64,000 bases of DNA from the NCBI RefSeq assembly GCF_026571515.1, contig NW_026858824.1, positions 248,001 through 312,000 of the forward strand, given 5' to 3'. Positions 11,556 through 25,100 of this stretch are shown here, piece by piece. Each line of letters opens with the position of its first letter. The first letter of the stretch is position 1. Made by a program: the position numbers and the translations under genes. Source of the DNA: Ruditapes philippinarum. Its lineage: Eukaryota. The notes beneath the pieces were generated by a model, which was given only the letters and a program-made list of their open reading frames with translations, was not told the DNA's origin and searched no databases.

Positions 11556-14413
11556 TCATTTGCTAATGTTCGCACTATACATGACGTCAGTGCGCATGCT
11601 ATATTTCCTGCCTTCTAGAAGGGCAGAACCCTCGTGCATTATATCGTGCTGAAAGACCAACACCATACCTGTAAGGGAAAAATCGAATTATTATTATCAA
11701 AATAGAACTACAAATTATTTACCAAACATTGATTATAAAATCCAACAAGAAGCAGGAAAATGATTGTGATATTTTATATCCTCTGACAGTATATTGAATA
11801 ATTGTTACTTGATAAACTCCCAACCTGGATTTGTTGAGTTTCTATTTTAGGAAATGTCAATTATCAATTTTAGGGACATTTGGGATGCGGAGGCTGGCCT
11901 AGCTCTAGACTGGTGATAAGGACTACATGGAAGCGCAGACTGATATAATTCGATCTATACTGGTGGCAAAGGCTTATCACCAGGCCCCGGTAAAGGTAAC
12001 AATACCTTCCAATCATTGGTGTAAATTAGATATAATTAAAGAACATTGTTAAAATGTGTTAATATTTCCTTTTTTCAATCTCAATGTATTACATGTATGC
12101 AGCAAATCATCCAAATATGTCTCTGTGTCTCACTCAAAGTTTAAATCTCGTGTAACTTTATGTTTGACTCAATGGATGAAACTATGATAATTTACATACA
12201 ATGTACTATGTATAAATATAAAGTAATACCAGTTTCCGGTACAACTTCCATTCTCTCCGTTTCCGCGAAACTCATGAATGTTGTGCTTCCACCTTTAAAC
12301 CCCTATCAAAAGAAAACAGAGAACACTATATCAGCGGCAATTTCTTTTAAAGAATATAAGGGCAGGGTAACATATTCATAATTTCACATTTAATAAAACA
12401 GTGTGCTGAAAGGAAGTAGAAAATCTTTCCAATAAGTGTAAAAATTATCATTTAACTGATACATGTATTACTACAGAAAGGTTTTCGTGCAATTGGTAAA
12501 AAAAGCATCAAATCAGGGCAAATTACGCCTGTCACCTTTCTGACGTTACATTAGTGTGACATTAATATAGTGACCTGAAGGAAAGTTGGTTCTTCTACTC
12601 ATGCAGGTGCCCTTTCTTGTCGGAAGTAATGCCCTTCACAACTTTGCCATATTACAATAAACAAAAACAAAACAAAAATACGGTGTCTATTTTGACCAAA
12701 AAAAAAAGTTGTAAATCACTGTATTTCAGTCATCAAGTGACTGGCCGTTTTGTTTTGTTGTTTAGCACCAAATATGGGATTAAAGTCTACACAGGTTAAG
12801 ATAATTACCTGGTTAAGATATAATTGTATGGTGACAAAGCTTCTCTCTCCGTTTTCCCTCATGTACATACCATCCATATGTGGAGCAAAATATTCACCAG
12901 GATTGTACTTCAAAAATCTTAACCTTAAAATAAACATTACAAAATTATCAAACTTGTTCTTGTTGAATTGTTTATGTAATTATTGTACTTTAAGAACATT
13001 CGTTGAATTGGACGTAGCTAATTAAAGCTACTAATTAAAATATGTGGACACAAACACATTTTAAGAGACAACTTTTCTCATAAAATCCGTTAAGTAAATA
13101 ATAAGTTAATAAACTAGTCTGTCTTCACTGTTATTTTACATGTAGTTCACTAATTGAAAACTTTTCAAAAACTAAGTACATGAACTGTACCTTTCGTTTA
13201 ATCCCATTACTTCTCTGTTTCGCCACTTGTCAGGTATAAATTGTTTAATCCTTTGCCAGATTTTGTCTGCTTCTTCGAATGAATCCCAAATACATCTCGT
13301 GTTGTTTCTTACATCTTTCATCATCTGTTGCCTGGTGTAGTGAACAAACGTTAGAAAGTTTTTACAGCAACCATGTTTTATAATTTACTGTAATGTTTAT
13401 TTACAATAGAAGTGGTCACCTTACAGATTTCCGGTGACTCGCGCCTAAACGACAGAGCGTGACTGGTAAACAGTACAGCGCATGAAGTAAACCGCACGGC
13501 TTTACACGTGCATTTATAACAAGTAAGCGAATGTCCAGGATTAAAATTCTCCCCAATATAACATAGCAAGCGGTAGAATTAAAGAGTGACTTTGCAACAA
13601 ACAATGAATTAATGCCTTGGTATTATATAGATATAAAATAACAAGTTTTTTGTGTTCTATTTTCATGTCGCCTACGTGTTATTGTACATTGTATACAATG
13701 GTTATTGTATAATGTAAATTGAAATGATTTTGTATAAATAGATAAGTAATTACCTTCCTCCCCCGATATTTACAAGCGCATCTGTATATCCCATCTTCTC
13801 AGTCTTCTTTATGTAATCTTTACATTCCTAAAATCGAGTTTTGAATTATAAGAATACATGTATCTATCTCTCCATGGATACTGCCAACCCCTCTTACGAG
13901 TGTTAATGTAAAGGCAGGAATTAAGTGCACGTCGGATTGTTAACTCATGTATAACTTATATACTATATGGCATAATGTCCATTGCAAAAAGTACCTCTTA
14001 TATGGTTCAATGACCAGGACTTACGGAATGAATCATGTCTTTAAATAGGAAATTCTGAGTTGATGACAATTAAGGCCTGTCTCTAAGGAGGGTCTTCCTA
14101 AAGTGACAAGTTATATTATTATGATCTTATTGAAGAATATGCGTCTTAAGCTAAAATATGAACCAACATAGCCTACCTTTTCTGTGAGAACGTTCCGTAA
14201 AACAAAAGCTAGTTTCCCTTTAAAACAATCTGGTAATGTAACATCCTCCCGAGTAATACGATTGTCATGTTCTTGATAACCTTCATCACCGTGGACTTTA
14301 GAGTCTACATTCCCGTTAGTTTTAGCTTTTTCTTTTACGTCACTTTTTCCCTCTGAATTAATGTTTATTTCTCCAACACCACGACATAATGTTTCACTGG
14401 TTTCGGTTTCCAT
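11556..14413 (-). CDS. 2OG-Fe(II) oxygenase, prolyl-4-hydroxylase-like (2OG-FeII_Oxy_3 type), 250 aa
   Basis: Exons 14413-14177, 13827-13754, 13331-13191, 12923-12809, 12302-12230, 11668-11556; all GT/AG, phases consistent, 753 nt. Motifs GLNERLRFLKY, FAPHMDG (HxD), IQLYLN..GGST, HEG, KYSMRTDVMY. Confidence 0.95.
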
Positions 14414-14891
14414 TTTATATGTAATGACCAGAATTATATCACAGATATCTTGACAGGCACTAAATAAACGGTTTAAAAAAATGTACCTATTCCTCACAAA
14501 ACTAAATTGGTTAGTATAATGTCAGAATAGCATATTTATATATTAACCACTACAATGTTTAAAAATAGAGAGGATTATCATAAATTATGACTCATATTGG
14601 ATCTATATTTGGCGATTATTATCGATCGGGTTTTTGGAAATAGGTGTAATTAAAATTATGTTTACTAAAGTAATGAGTCATTAAGAATACTGCATTGGTA
14701 AAAATAATCCATTTCAGACATTTGATTAGATCTATTAGAACCTATTCAATATTAAAATAATTTGGAATTTCTTGTCAACACCCATCTTAAGTGAACTGCA
14801 CGAAATAAAAATATAATGCAGTCACCGTAAAGATGCGGAAGTAAACAAAAAACATTGTTTATTTATAATGTTAAATTCAGTAAATATAAAA
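14414..14891. promoter_or_regulatory. Putative bidirectional promoter between the oxygenase and Ly6 genes
   Basis: Divergent ATGs <500 bp apart; ETS-type CGGAAGT at ~14836-14842. Confidence 0.5.
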
Positions 14892-17451
14892 ATGTGTCAT
14901 CAGAAGTTTGTTTACGCACTCGCCTTATTAATATCATACTTATCAAGTAAGTATAGTAAACCAAAAAGTTAAATTATAAGTGTTTACTATGGAGTATGGA
15001 GTGTCCTTATCTCCGGATACGTACAATTGGGATAAAACTTAACAGCCTAAACAGGCATTGTCTATTCTAGGAGGAGGATGGGGGGATTCACTCCCTTTTT
15101 TTAGAATTCCCCCCTATTTTTTCAGAGACAGGGGAAAAATTTTACATAAAAAACGAAGGAAAAAATTCAACAAATGTAATAAATTCTCATTTTTTGATAA
15201 AAGTATCTCTGTTTTTCAAATCCTAGCATTTTTTGATAAAAATATCTCTGTTTTTCAAATCCTAGAGTAAACACTGAACAGGCGTTTTCGAATATTTGAA
15301 TAATTGCCTATAATTACTTGTCTGTCAATCACTAATACGTGATTAAATAATTTCATTTATATTATTAACATGTTCTGTTCAGTGTCTTGCATGACTTTTT
15401 TCCAGACCATTCTTTTTCGTCATGATTGTTGTGAAATATTTCTACTATATTACAACAGCATAATGTTAGACAACGATGCCTGTTTTCGTATGTTTTGGGT
15501 GAATTTTTCATAATTTCTAGACATTTCAATTATTTGTCTTTTTTGAAATGTGTATTGATCATTGATCTACAGAAAAATATCAACGATACATCAATATGGT
15601 TTCTATTTATGACAGCACTTGCTAATGATACAAAATATTTAATCTTAAGTATCGAAAACTCTGCTGACATTTGAGTCGTAAAGCATTGTCATTGCCAACT
15701 GTTAATCTAAAGATCAGAGGATTTGTACCCAGGTCTGGTCCAGATTGTCAGTATAAATAACATGCTTGTGGCATGAAATTGTCATGCTCACTCACCCCAT
15801 GGTAATCTGGTGCCTCTTATTTCTGTGTTATTTAAATGATTAACAAACACAACAAAAGTTAGAAGAATAAAGTTGTGGAAATTACCATGAATGTTGAGGG
15901 AAAGACATGTCCGGGTATATATCATATATCAAGAGTCTAAGAAAATGAATAGCTTGCGATAGCTCAGTTGGTTAGACCACTATCACTCCTGTCAGAGGTC
16001 CAGGGTTGGATCCTGGGTAACACACTTGGGATTTTTCAGCAACTTAAAAAAGTTGCTGAAAAATAAAAGTTACTGGACATTCATTGAGGTTAATTATCAC
16101 TTTTTTTCTTTTTTTTGGGTGGGGAACACCTTGTGCCACTATAAATGGTTTCAGGTGAACTGAAAACCAATATCTTCTCTCTTGCCCTTGGTACATGTAC
16201 ATCATAGAGAAGACACAGGGCATCGGTAGAAGATTTGAAGACTTTGGATGGGGCTAAAGAGCGAAACTTGTGCTGCGGACCAGCTGCCGATGTCGTAACT
16301 AAAGCCAAGGGGAGTGGCCCTACAAAGTACTTTTAAGTAGGCTTCAACACGGTAAGACGGCTTGAACGGCAGGCCTTTTGCTGGCACACACAGCCCTTTT
16401 CAGGTCTACCCTTTCATATTGTCACAGGTTACTGTACATTTAGGTTCTCATTGACCACCGTACAGTGACCTACTAAAAATTCATATCTTTGGCTAATACT
16501 CAATGGAAATTGCATGGTAAGTAAATTATCACCACTTTGTGCTTCAAAATTAAATCTTTACGGGAGTGACAGGTGACATGTCTGGGGTCTGTATTAGACA
16601 GCGAAAGATGTTTCTTGTGCCTGAAAGGGCGGATGGACCCTCATTAAACATTATCTACATACATACATGCATTGGAAAACCAATATTATGTTGTTTTGTG
16701 TTTTTTTCAGTTTGTGAAGCAGAGTTATACTGCTATGTCTGTAACACGGCAACAGGACTATACTCAGATAAGTGTGGGGATGACTTCAGATTAACATCTG
16801 TCAATGCTGTGTCATGTCGGGATGGTACTTGTCAAAAAACAAGAGGATTAAGAAGTAAATATTGTCTGAATAATTGAAGAACTTTACTTGATTTTGTTAC
16901 ATGTAGGCATTAGAAGTATCAAAATACCATCATCAGTGAAAGTTAAACAAATTGTTGATTTTTGTTTGAAAAAAAAATGTTTAAAGTAATTTTTAACAAA
17001 TTAGCTTGAAGTAATAGAGTCAATTTCTAATTGGCAAGATTGTTTTGCCAGTTTACCTGTCCGCTATATATATAAGATAGCATACAGGTTCAGTGGTATT
17101 TTGTTCTGATGACTTCTTTTATATATATGGATTGTGGATATGTAATTCAAATCAGTTTTTTTAGTACAACAAAATAAAAATTAAATGAATATTTCTCATA
17201 TTGATGATTGATAATTATGATTGTTTTCTAATTCAGCTGAAGGTTCTAAGAGAGTAGTTGAGGTGACGAGAGGGTGTGTACCATACACACAGTCTACCAG
17301 CTGTAGAGAAGGCAGCCATTTTGGAATATCAGCAACAATATGCACTTGTAACGAGCCATACTGCAACAGTGCTGATGGTCGGATTCCGTCTAAATTCTTT
17401 TCCTACTCTGCAGGACTTATACTTACACTAATTATGTATTATATCTTGTGA
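14892..17451 (+). CDS. Ly6/uPAR three-finger GPI-anchored protein (quiver/sleepless-like), 137 aa
   Basis: Exons 14892-14946 (signal peptide MCHQKFVYALALLISYLS; in-frame upstream ATG at 14868), 16711-16854, 17237-17451; phase-1 introns; 10-Cys LYCYVC..CTCNEPYCN domain; hydrophobic C-terminal GPI signal. Confidence 0.9.
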
Positions 17452-20400
17452 TGATGGCAGGAATAAAGCATAATGTTGGTTGTGATCACATGATTTATGC
17501 TGCATAATATATCAGGGAAAAGGACAAAAGATGAAAATACCTGAAAGAGTCAAAGTGCTTTGAAATCATTCATACTGTAACAGTTTCTGTAAATCCAAAA
17601 TCAAAAGTTGATTGTTGTGAATGAATGCATCATCTTAATTTATTCATTCAAATATATCAAATTTATTCAAATATATCAAATTTTCATGGCTGTGGAAAGT
17701 ACACATATCTACATGTTTTATATCCTTTTACCAGCATTTTAAAGTATTTCTGTAATATTGTGTCATTATGTTATTGTTTACGAGGCATAGAAAACTGGCT
17801 TGCTGTTATTTGTTGTAGACAACATATATTTACCTAACACACCATTAAGGTATAGTTTATGGAAAGGGAACTTGAGACAGGAACTTTTTAAGATTTATTT
17901 TCAGCATGTTTTGAAAGAGATTGAAAATGTATAATATCCAGGTTACACAATACACAATCATATTGTTTATTTCATCATTTTTGACTTATTGCTAGAATGT
18001 AGAGTTATGTATGCAAAAGTGACAATTGAAGCTACTTATTCTTAGTTCAAGTGATTTTTTTTTTTACTTCATTCTAATTTACTGTTAACACGGATTTATA
18101 TTACATTGTAATTTAAATCCGTGCTGTTAAGAATATTCATAGTGTTGTTCAATGCCAGCTTATTTACATGCAATAATTGTAGAAATATGTATTAATTTTC
18201 TACATTTTCTAAATCCACTCTGGCATTGACCTGTTAACACTTTTTGAAAAACTAATTTCACATTGGTTGTTGTAAGTAGCTTTAAGAAATATGTATTGTT
18301 TTATTAATGTTCTGTACACTGGCGTCTTGTGATAACTTAAATACATATCAATTTGTAAATTATCTTTATCATGGATAGTAATCATACATTGATGATTTAA
18401 AAATCTGTACATATATTTTAATAAAATTCTATATTTTTAAAAAAATTATGTTTTCAATACCTTAATAAATCTGTTGAAGTTATGTGTTTTTTTACCAGCA
18501 TCCTGAATTTTTGTAATGGATTTGCTCAGTTTTGAATTTAGAACAATCCATTCAGAGTCAAAGGAATTTCATTATGAAAATACAAATATCGAGAAACTAA
18601 CGGTATAGAGCCTGATCAGCACTGAGTCTGGCTGACAAGGTGTTTGGTTCTAGCAAGTTGATTCAATCAGAGTAAAAGCAATCAAATTTACGATAATAAC
18701 AGAAACAGGGAATTTGCATGTGTATTCCAACTTTTATCTCGATGTCAATTTAAGTTCAGTAAAAGCTTGTTAGACAGTGAATGAGATTGGGGTATGTGAT
18801 CATAACTGTAAGATATGATAACCTCACTTATTCTGACTAAAGAATGTAGTTAGTTATTCAGATAGAATGTGTGCATCATTAGTACATTGACAATGGTCTA
18901 TGATAAACTGAATAAGTTATCTGCTTCATATAAGCAATTGCTTGGCACCCACAGATTTATGCAACAATGGTTGAAAAATGTCAAGAGCTCTCATTATTTG
19001 GACTTAAAAGGATAGCTGACCATTAAGAGACTGTCTCTAATTAAGTAGATGATGTTGTAATTTTCAGGGTTGTCTGACCTTCACATATGATTTAAGGAAG
19101 TCCAAGCAAAATTCTGTTCAAATTGCTCACAATCTGACAGTAGAATTCATGGCTTATGTATCAATTTTATCAATACGATTCTGAATCATCACTTAGAAAT
19201 CTCACATCCTTTAATGTATACCTTAATGATTTGTCAGCTCATTTAAATTCAAACCATGAGGTCAAATTATGCTTTAAGGTCAAGTTATACAGAAACAACA
19301 AAACAAAATAAAATAGATTATTCCTTTTAATTTAATCAACATAAGAATAACAAAGATCCCCTAGACAATTTGAACCTGCAAAGATAAAATAATCAATCAC
19401 AGACATATATAGACTGAATACATTATTTGTTTGAAGAATAATTACATAAATATTGATTTTGGTATCTGATGGCAGCTTAGTGTATTAACAGGTAAACCAT
19501 TGATATAGTAAAGGTAAACCATTAAAAACATGTAGAGTATCATCAAGTCAACTGCTGATTTCACTCATATTTTCAATAACCTTTCAGTTGTTATTTTTTT
19601 GTTTCATCAAAGTGTCAACAATATTTGAAGTCCTAACCTAAAGTCTGAACTTAAAATTCAAGACTGATATACTATTAAATATTCTCGAAGCGTTTCTATT
19701 TAAAAAAAAAAAAAAAAAACAGTATGAAAATTTACATGTTGTAAACTATCAATACCAATTAATTAAAGGTCAATTATAACCTTTATTTTATCATCTACAA
19801 AATAATGCTATTTAAAATAAATATTTTGAACTGTTCAAAAACAGGGATGTGAGTTTCATCAGAACTTCAAACTTGTAATAGAAAAACAACTTTTTTCGAA
19901 TTCAGTATTTCATAACCATAAATCACTCACTGGATTATTCAGTTTAAGTAGTTAGTACACTTTTTGATCCATCAACTTGTTTTTGTTATGACTTGTTATC
20001 ATGTTGCAACATTTTATATGAGGAAGAAATCTTTATGTTACAGAGGAGCAACGACTACAAGTAATTCAACAAAGGTTTTGACATCATTCTCAGTATAGTA
20101 GAACTAACAAAAATTGCCTCTCTATAACATAAATAACTATTTTCGTCTTGAAAAAACAAACACTTAAATTGATTATATTGATAAAACCTGTATTTTAATT
20201 TGTGAAACAAAGTGTAACTGTAAATAAATTTTTTATATTGGAAGTGCCATACTGACATTTCTCATCTTATATAATCTTATATTCTATATCAAACTACTTC
20301 TGGATATTTTGACAAAACATACTTAAAATACAATTAAATTTATGACCTCTTAACAATTTACAAATCCCAAGGGATGGCAAACAACTGTCAACTAAGTGAT

Positions 20401-22189
20401 ACCTTTAAAGCTCTTGTTTCTTAAGCATAACATCCTTATAAAAAGTAAACATCCTGTGGAATAATTATTTAAGACAATGTATTAAGCAAAACTTCTTTGG
20501 CTAAGGTAACAAGTATTCCTGTATTTTGCTCCAATACCGACTAGTTTTCTGTGTTAAAAAAACTGTCCCAGCTTGACATTTTCACAAAAAGTTTGTTTTA
20601 TTTTTCAAATAAACAGTCAAGTAAGACATGTTATTAAAAGATTCACAAGATACCACCTGAACTACATTTCCTGGACAAATATACCAAAAGCTTTGTCAAT
20701 ATAAGGTGTCACCAGAAACACCAAGTATTAAAAAAAGATGATAGAATGAAAAGAAAATTGATGAAAATTTAAGAACATTAACTACATATGAAAAGCTACA
20801 TATGAAAAGACAAATCAACAATTGTGATTAACAAAGAAGATATAAAAGAAATATTGTCATGTAAACAAAATATTTTTTTTTCAAAATAATACAGCTCTGC
20901 TGTTTTAATGACCTGTCAATACCAACAGTTACACATAATGTTTATGAAGTTTGTATCAGAGGAATTTACAAAACTAGTTTATACTTTCAACAACATGTTC
21001 AGCACAATGCACATTTCTGTTAAATAAATAATAATAGTAACAGATTTCTTTCAAATTCTTTGGGTTTAAAACAAAGCTAAGGCGTTGAAGAGGATAAAGT
21101 CATCTAAAATTTGGAGACTGAAACAAAACTTAAATAAAATTCACAATATTTCATTTGTGATATATAAAAAACTAAACAAAACAAAACAATCATTTCCTAA
21201 TACTGTTGTAACACAAGAGCAAATGAAATTTAGAAAAAAGATAACATAACTGTTTAAGTGTTATTAAACTTTTGACAACTGACAAAAAAGACTGGAGAAG
21301 TTCAACAGAACAATTTAATAACCTTGATGTCCCAAGAAAGCAGTCATATAAGGCGTGTTTATTATCTAAATATTTGCTGGCCTACCTGTCAATTTAAATT
21401 CATACCTTAATACTTGACTTTGGTTTATAAAATAGTTCACTGATTCCTATGAATAATCAGTAAAAAAATCATAAGTAACTTAGCTTTCTTTGGTTACTGG
21501 AACCTTGATTAGAATAAAGAGCCATTTTATTTTATATGTAAAGTTGCTCTGCTCATCCAGCAAATTTTGGTTCATTAATTATGTATCAAATTTGTTCTCA
21601 AACAAGGACTGGTGTCAAAAATAATAAATTCAAATTATACATAATAAATGACTGGTATAATAATTAGTGAATGAGATTCTCTCTTTCATACTGATGATAG
21701 GAAAAACAGCATTTTCTCATGTATATACATTCATTTAACTAAGACTACATCTTGTCTTCGGCTCTATTGAAACATAAACACTGTTGTTTTAAATGCATTT
21801 GTGTTTAAGAAGTGTACTTCCTATATGTGAACACCCGTGTAAACATTTATATCTATAACATTTTGTAAAGTATAGAATAAATTTTTAACAACCTATAAAC
21901 TACACAGTGAAGGCAGCCATCTTTCTCAACCTGGCCCCAAGGTTATAAGCTCAAACTCAGATCTCAGGTATTTGATTGGTTAGAGACTGTCACAGAATGT
22001 ACATTGACCAATGAAAATCCTAAGATATGAGACAGAACTTAAAAAAAGTTTAATTACCTTTTGTCTGGTTTCAAAACAAAAGATTTAGCAACCAGTATGA
22101 ACTTTGCATAGCAATATGACCAGTTTCTTTTAGAAGAACACCTTAAATAAATTAAAGCAATGCGCATATATCACAGTGTATAGCTGTTT

Positions 22190-25100
22190 TCATTGTGCTT
22201 TTGGACTTTTATTAATGCGCCAAGCACCAAGAATATATCTTAAACGTATCAATAACAAGTCTCTACCCATCTGTAGCCAGCTCCATACTGGAATCATCTT
22301 GGAACCTAAAAGTAAATATAAAATATATATTTCTTCTACTAAACTCGTCATTCACACTGATGATATTCATTATCCTTAATACAACAATTAGGAAATAGAT
22401 ATCAATTCTGAGTGCATTGTTGTAGAATAATGCACGGTTTGAGTTCAAATGCGTAGTAATATAATCACGAAGGCCGATAGGCCTGAGTGATTAATTACAA
22501 AGCATTTGAACGAAAAACGTGCATTATTATACAACAATGCATGAAGAATAGATATCTATTTCCATTCTAACACGTCAAGAAAAAATATAATTATTATAAT
22601 AAAGTTGGACTTTATGTTTGGTGGATAAATTTGTTTTCGCCTCAGAGTTTCCAATAGAAACGTTCTTTAAAGGCTGTTCCAGTGGGTTGAAAAAAAACTG
22701 TCGTTAAATCTACCGTGTGTAGAAACATTTTGAGAATAACGAATTTTGAAAACGTTGATAAATCTTTGTTTGTTTATTTTATTTTACTCTATAATTTTTC
22801 AAGCGAAATACAAATTATTAAAAGTGAAATAAGTGTAAAACTTAACTCGTTTGCGACATTAAAATAGCGTACTTGATTTGATTGTTGTGCACGTGCTGTT
22901 TGGCGCTACATTGTGACGTCACGTAAACAACACTTTAAACGTCTGTACAGCGTTAACGACTGAATTAAAGATATTGGTGTTCGGATTAATTTTCTTAGTT
23001 AGACCATTTTCTTTCATTCTAGATAGTTTTCACAGCAAAATTCGACAAAAAATTGTTTTTATTTATCATATTTTTCAAACAAAATGGCGCCCTCAATGTG
23101 AAAATACACAGGGAGATGATAAGCACGGCGAGTGCATTGTTGTAGAATAATGCACGCTTCAGGCCTTCTTTGCTTATATAGAAAAATTTCCGATAGTGTT
23201 AGAATGATAGTTATAGGTAGTTAACAGTAGTACATGATGCTTAAATAAAACAAGGTTTCAAATTTCTATTCCACGAATTGTTTGTATATAATTTCTCATT
23301 GCAAGTATTTCCTTCAGTTAAATCTATCAATACAAAAGTCTTTACTTATAACATTGACTAAACAGTAAACCTATATGAGAATAGTTAAGAAAGAGGACCA
23401 TGTAAGAATGCTGAAGACTGATCAATCCATTTGTTCAAAACAAAAGCTTGAGTTTTAGGTATTTTCTCTTTATGACTCCAGTGACCCCTTGATACACCAA
23501 TTGAATATATTTCAAAAGGCTTGACAAAGGACCCTCTGAGGCTGCTACAAACCTTATTTTGCGATGTTCAGTTCTTTAATTCATAACATATAACACAGTA
23601 TCAAACCTAAAATACTTATAGCTCACTTTAAATCTTCTATTCTGGTAAGCTTATAAATGTCTTATAGTCAATAAGAAATATAGATTGCCCTTTACTTCAA
23701 AATATAAACAAATGGATAAATGTCACTTCCACTTACCCTCAATTTCCTGCCATGATATTGCCACCTCTCCTATTGGAATGTTAAATGTTTGAGCTAGATA
23801 TAACAAATCTACATCAAAAGCCCTGGAAAAAGAAGATTATGATATTACATTTCTAAAATTCAATGTAAAGCTGAATGAAAATTAGTCTTATTTAACTAAG
23901 ATACTGTCTGAGCATAGTATCTATTTTTTGTTGCTTACATCAACATAATGATATTAAAATCACTGAATATATAATTAAACTCATACAAGATTTAAATTCA
24001 AATGTAGAAAGTTACTTTACTACTTTTCAGCTATATTTGGAAGGAGAATAAAAATGTGGTTATCAGGATATGTCACTCTGTAAAACAGTCAGACACAACA
24101 TGGTAACTGAGAATACTTATAAATCTGTTGAATACAATACCTGCACTGTATTCATCTTATGCGAATTTTTTTTACAGAAAATGGAAAATGCAATGAATAT
24201 AACATCAATAAATCAACTTACCATCTCTCTACATGTAGATTTGAGAAAAGTAAAATAGCTGCCTCTCTTGTTAATAATTTAAATCCACACTGTGTATCTT
24301 TAACTCCTTTCACACACAGAAAATACACCAAGAAGTGAAAACCATACATTAAGACTGTTCTGAAAAATGATCTCTGAAACAGAAAGAAATTTAAATGAGT
24401 TATCTTATTTTCCTCTAAACTGTTTACAGCAAAATCTTAAAATGTTGGGCTAGAATGGTGTTTTGTTTCTAAGTTTTAATTAATTCAACTGAAAACAATG
24501 CGGGTAACTTAAATTCTATACTGTTTTGTTTTCTAATATAATATTAAGAGGTTTCTTTTAGGTTTTTCCTTTATTTACATCATGGGTCTGGCAATACTTT
24601 TATAGTATAAATGACCAGCAAAAAAGAAGCACAACCCTTGATACTTGATGTTGTGTCTATACTTATCACAAATCAATTTGAGAAGTTATGAAACACAAAC
24701 CTAGTGTTCAGAAAAAACAGTTTTAACATGCACCCAGACAAATCAAAAGGAAATAGGTGTATCAAACTTACAAATGATTTTAAACATGCAAACATTTAGA
24801 GACCTCGAGGTACTGAAAATTCTACCCAAAATATTCAACCTACTTATATGTAATAAGCAAAACTAGAGAAAATAATATCTAAGCATGAAACATAAAAATT
24901 TTACTTAAATGAATTTGCTGCAATTAAAGTAGCTACATGTCAGCTCACCTGTGCTATTGAATCTTTTTCTAAATGTGCACGAGATCCACAGACTACTGCC
25001 ATATTATCAGAATTTTTTTGCTTTGACAGTTCTGCCTCTAGCTTACTAAGATCACTAAATTTACTAGCACCATCTGCATCAGCAAACAAAAGTTGTTTCC

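Noticed and set aside
15188-15265. 39-bp tandem duplication
   Set aside because: Ordinary slippage in an intron.
16090-16430. GC-richer block with short ORFs in Ly6 intron 1
   Set aside because: No recognisable motif or termini; likely a repeat remnant.
16503-16522. ATGGAAATTGCATG|GTAAGT as Ly6 first exon
   Set aside because: Wrong phase and no signal peptide; 14892-14946 fits.
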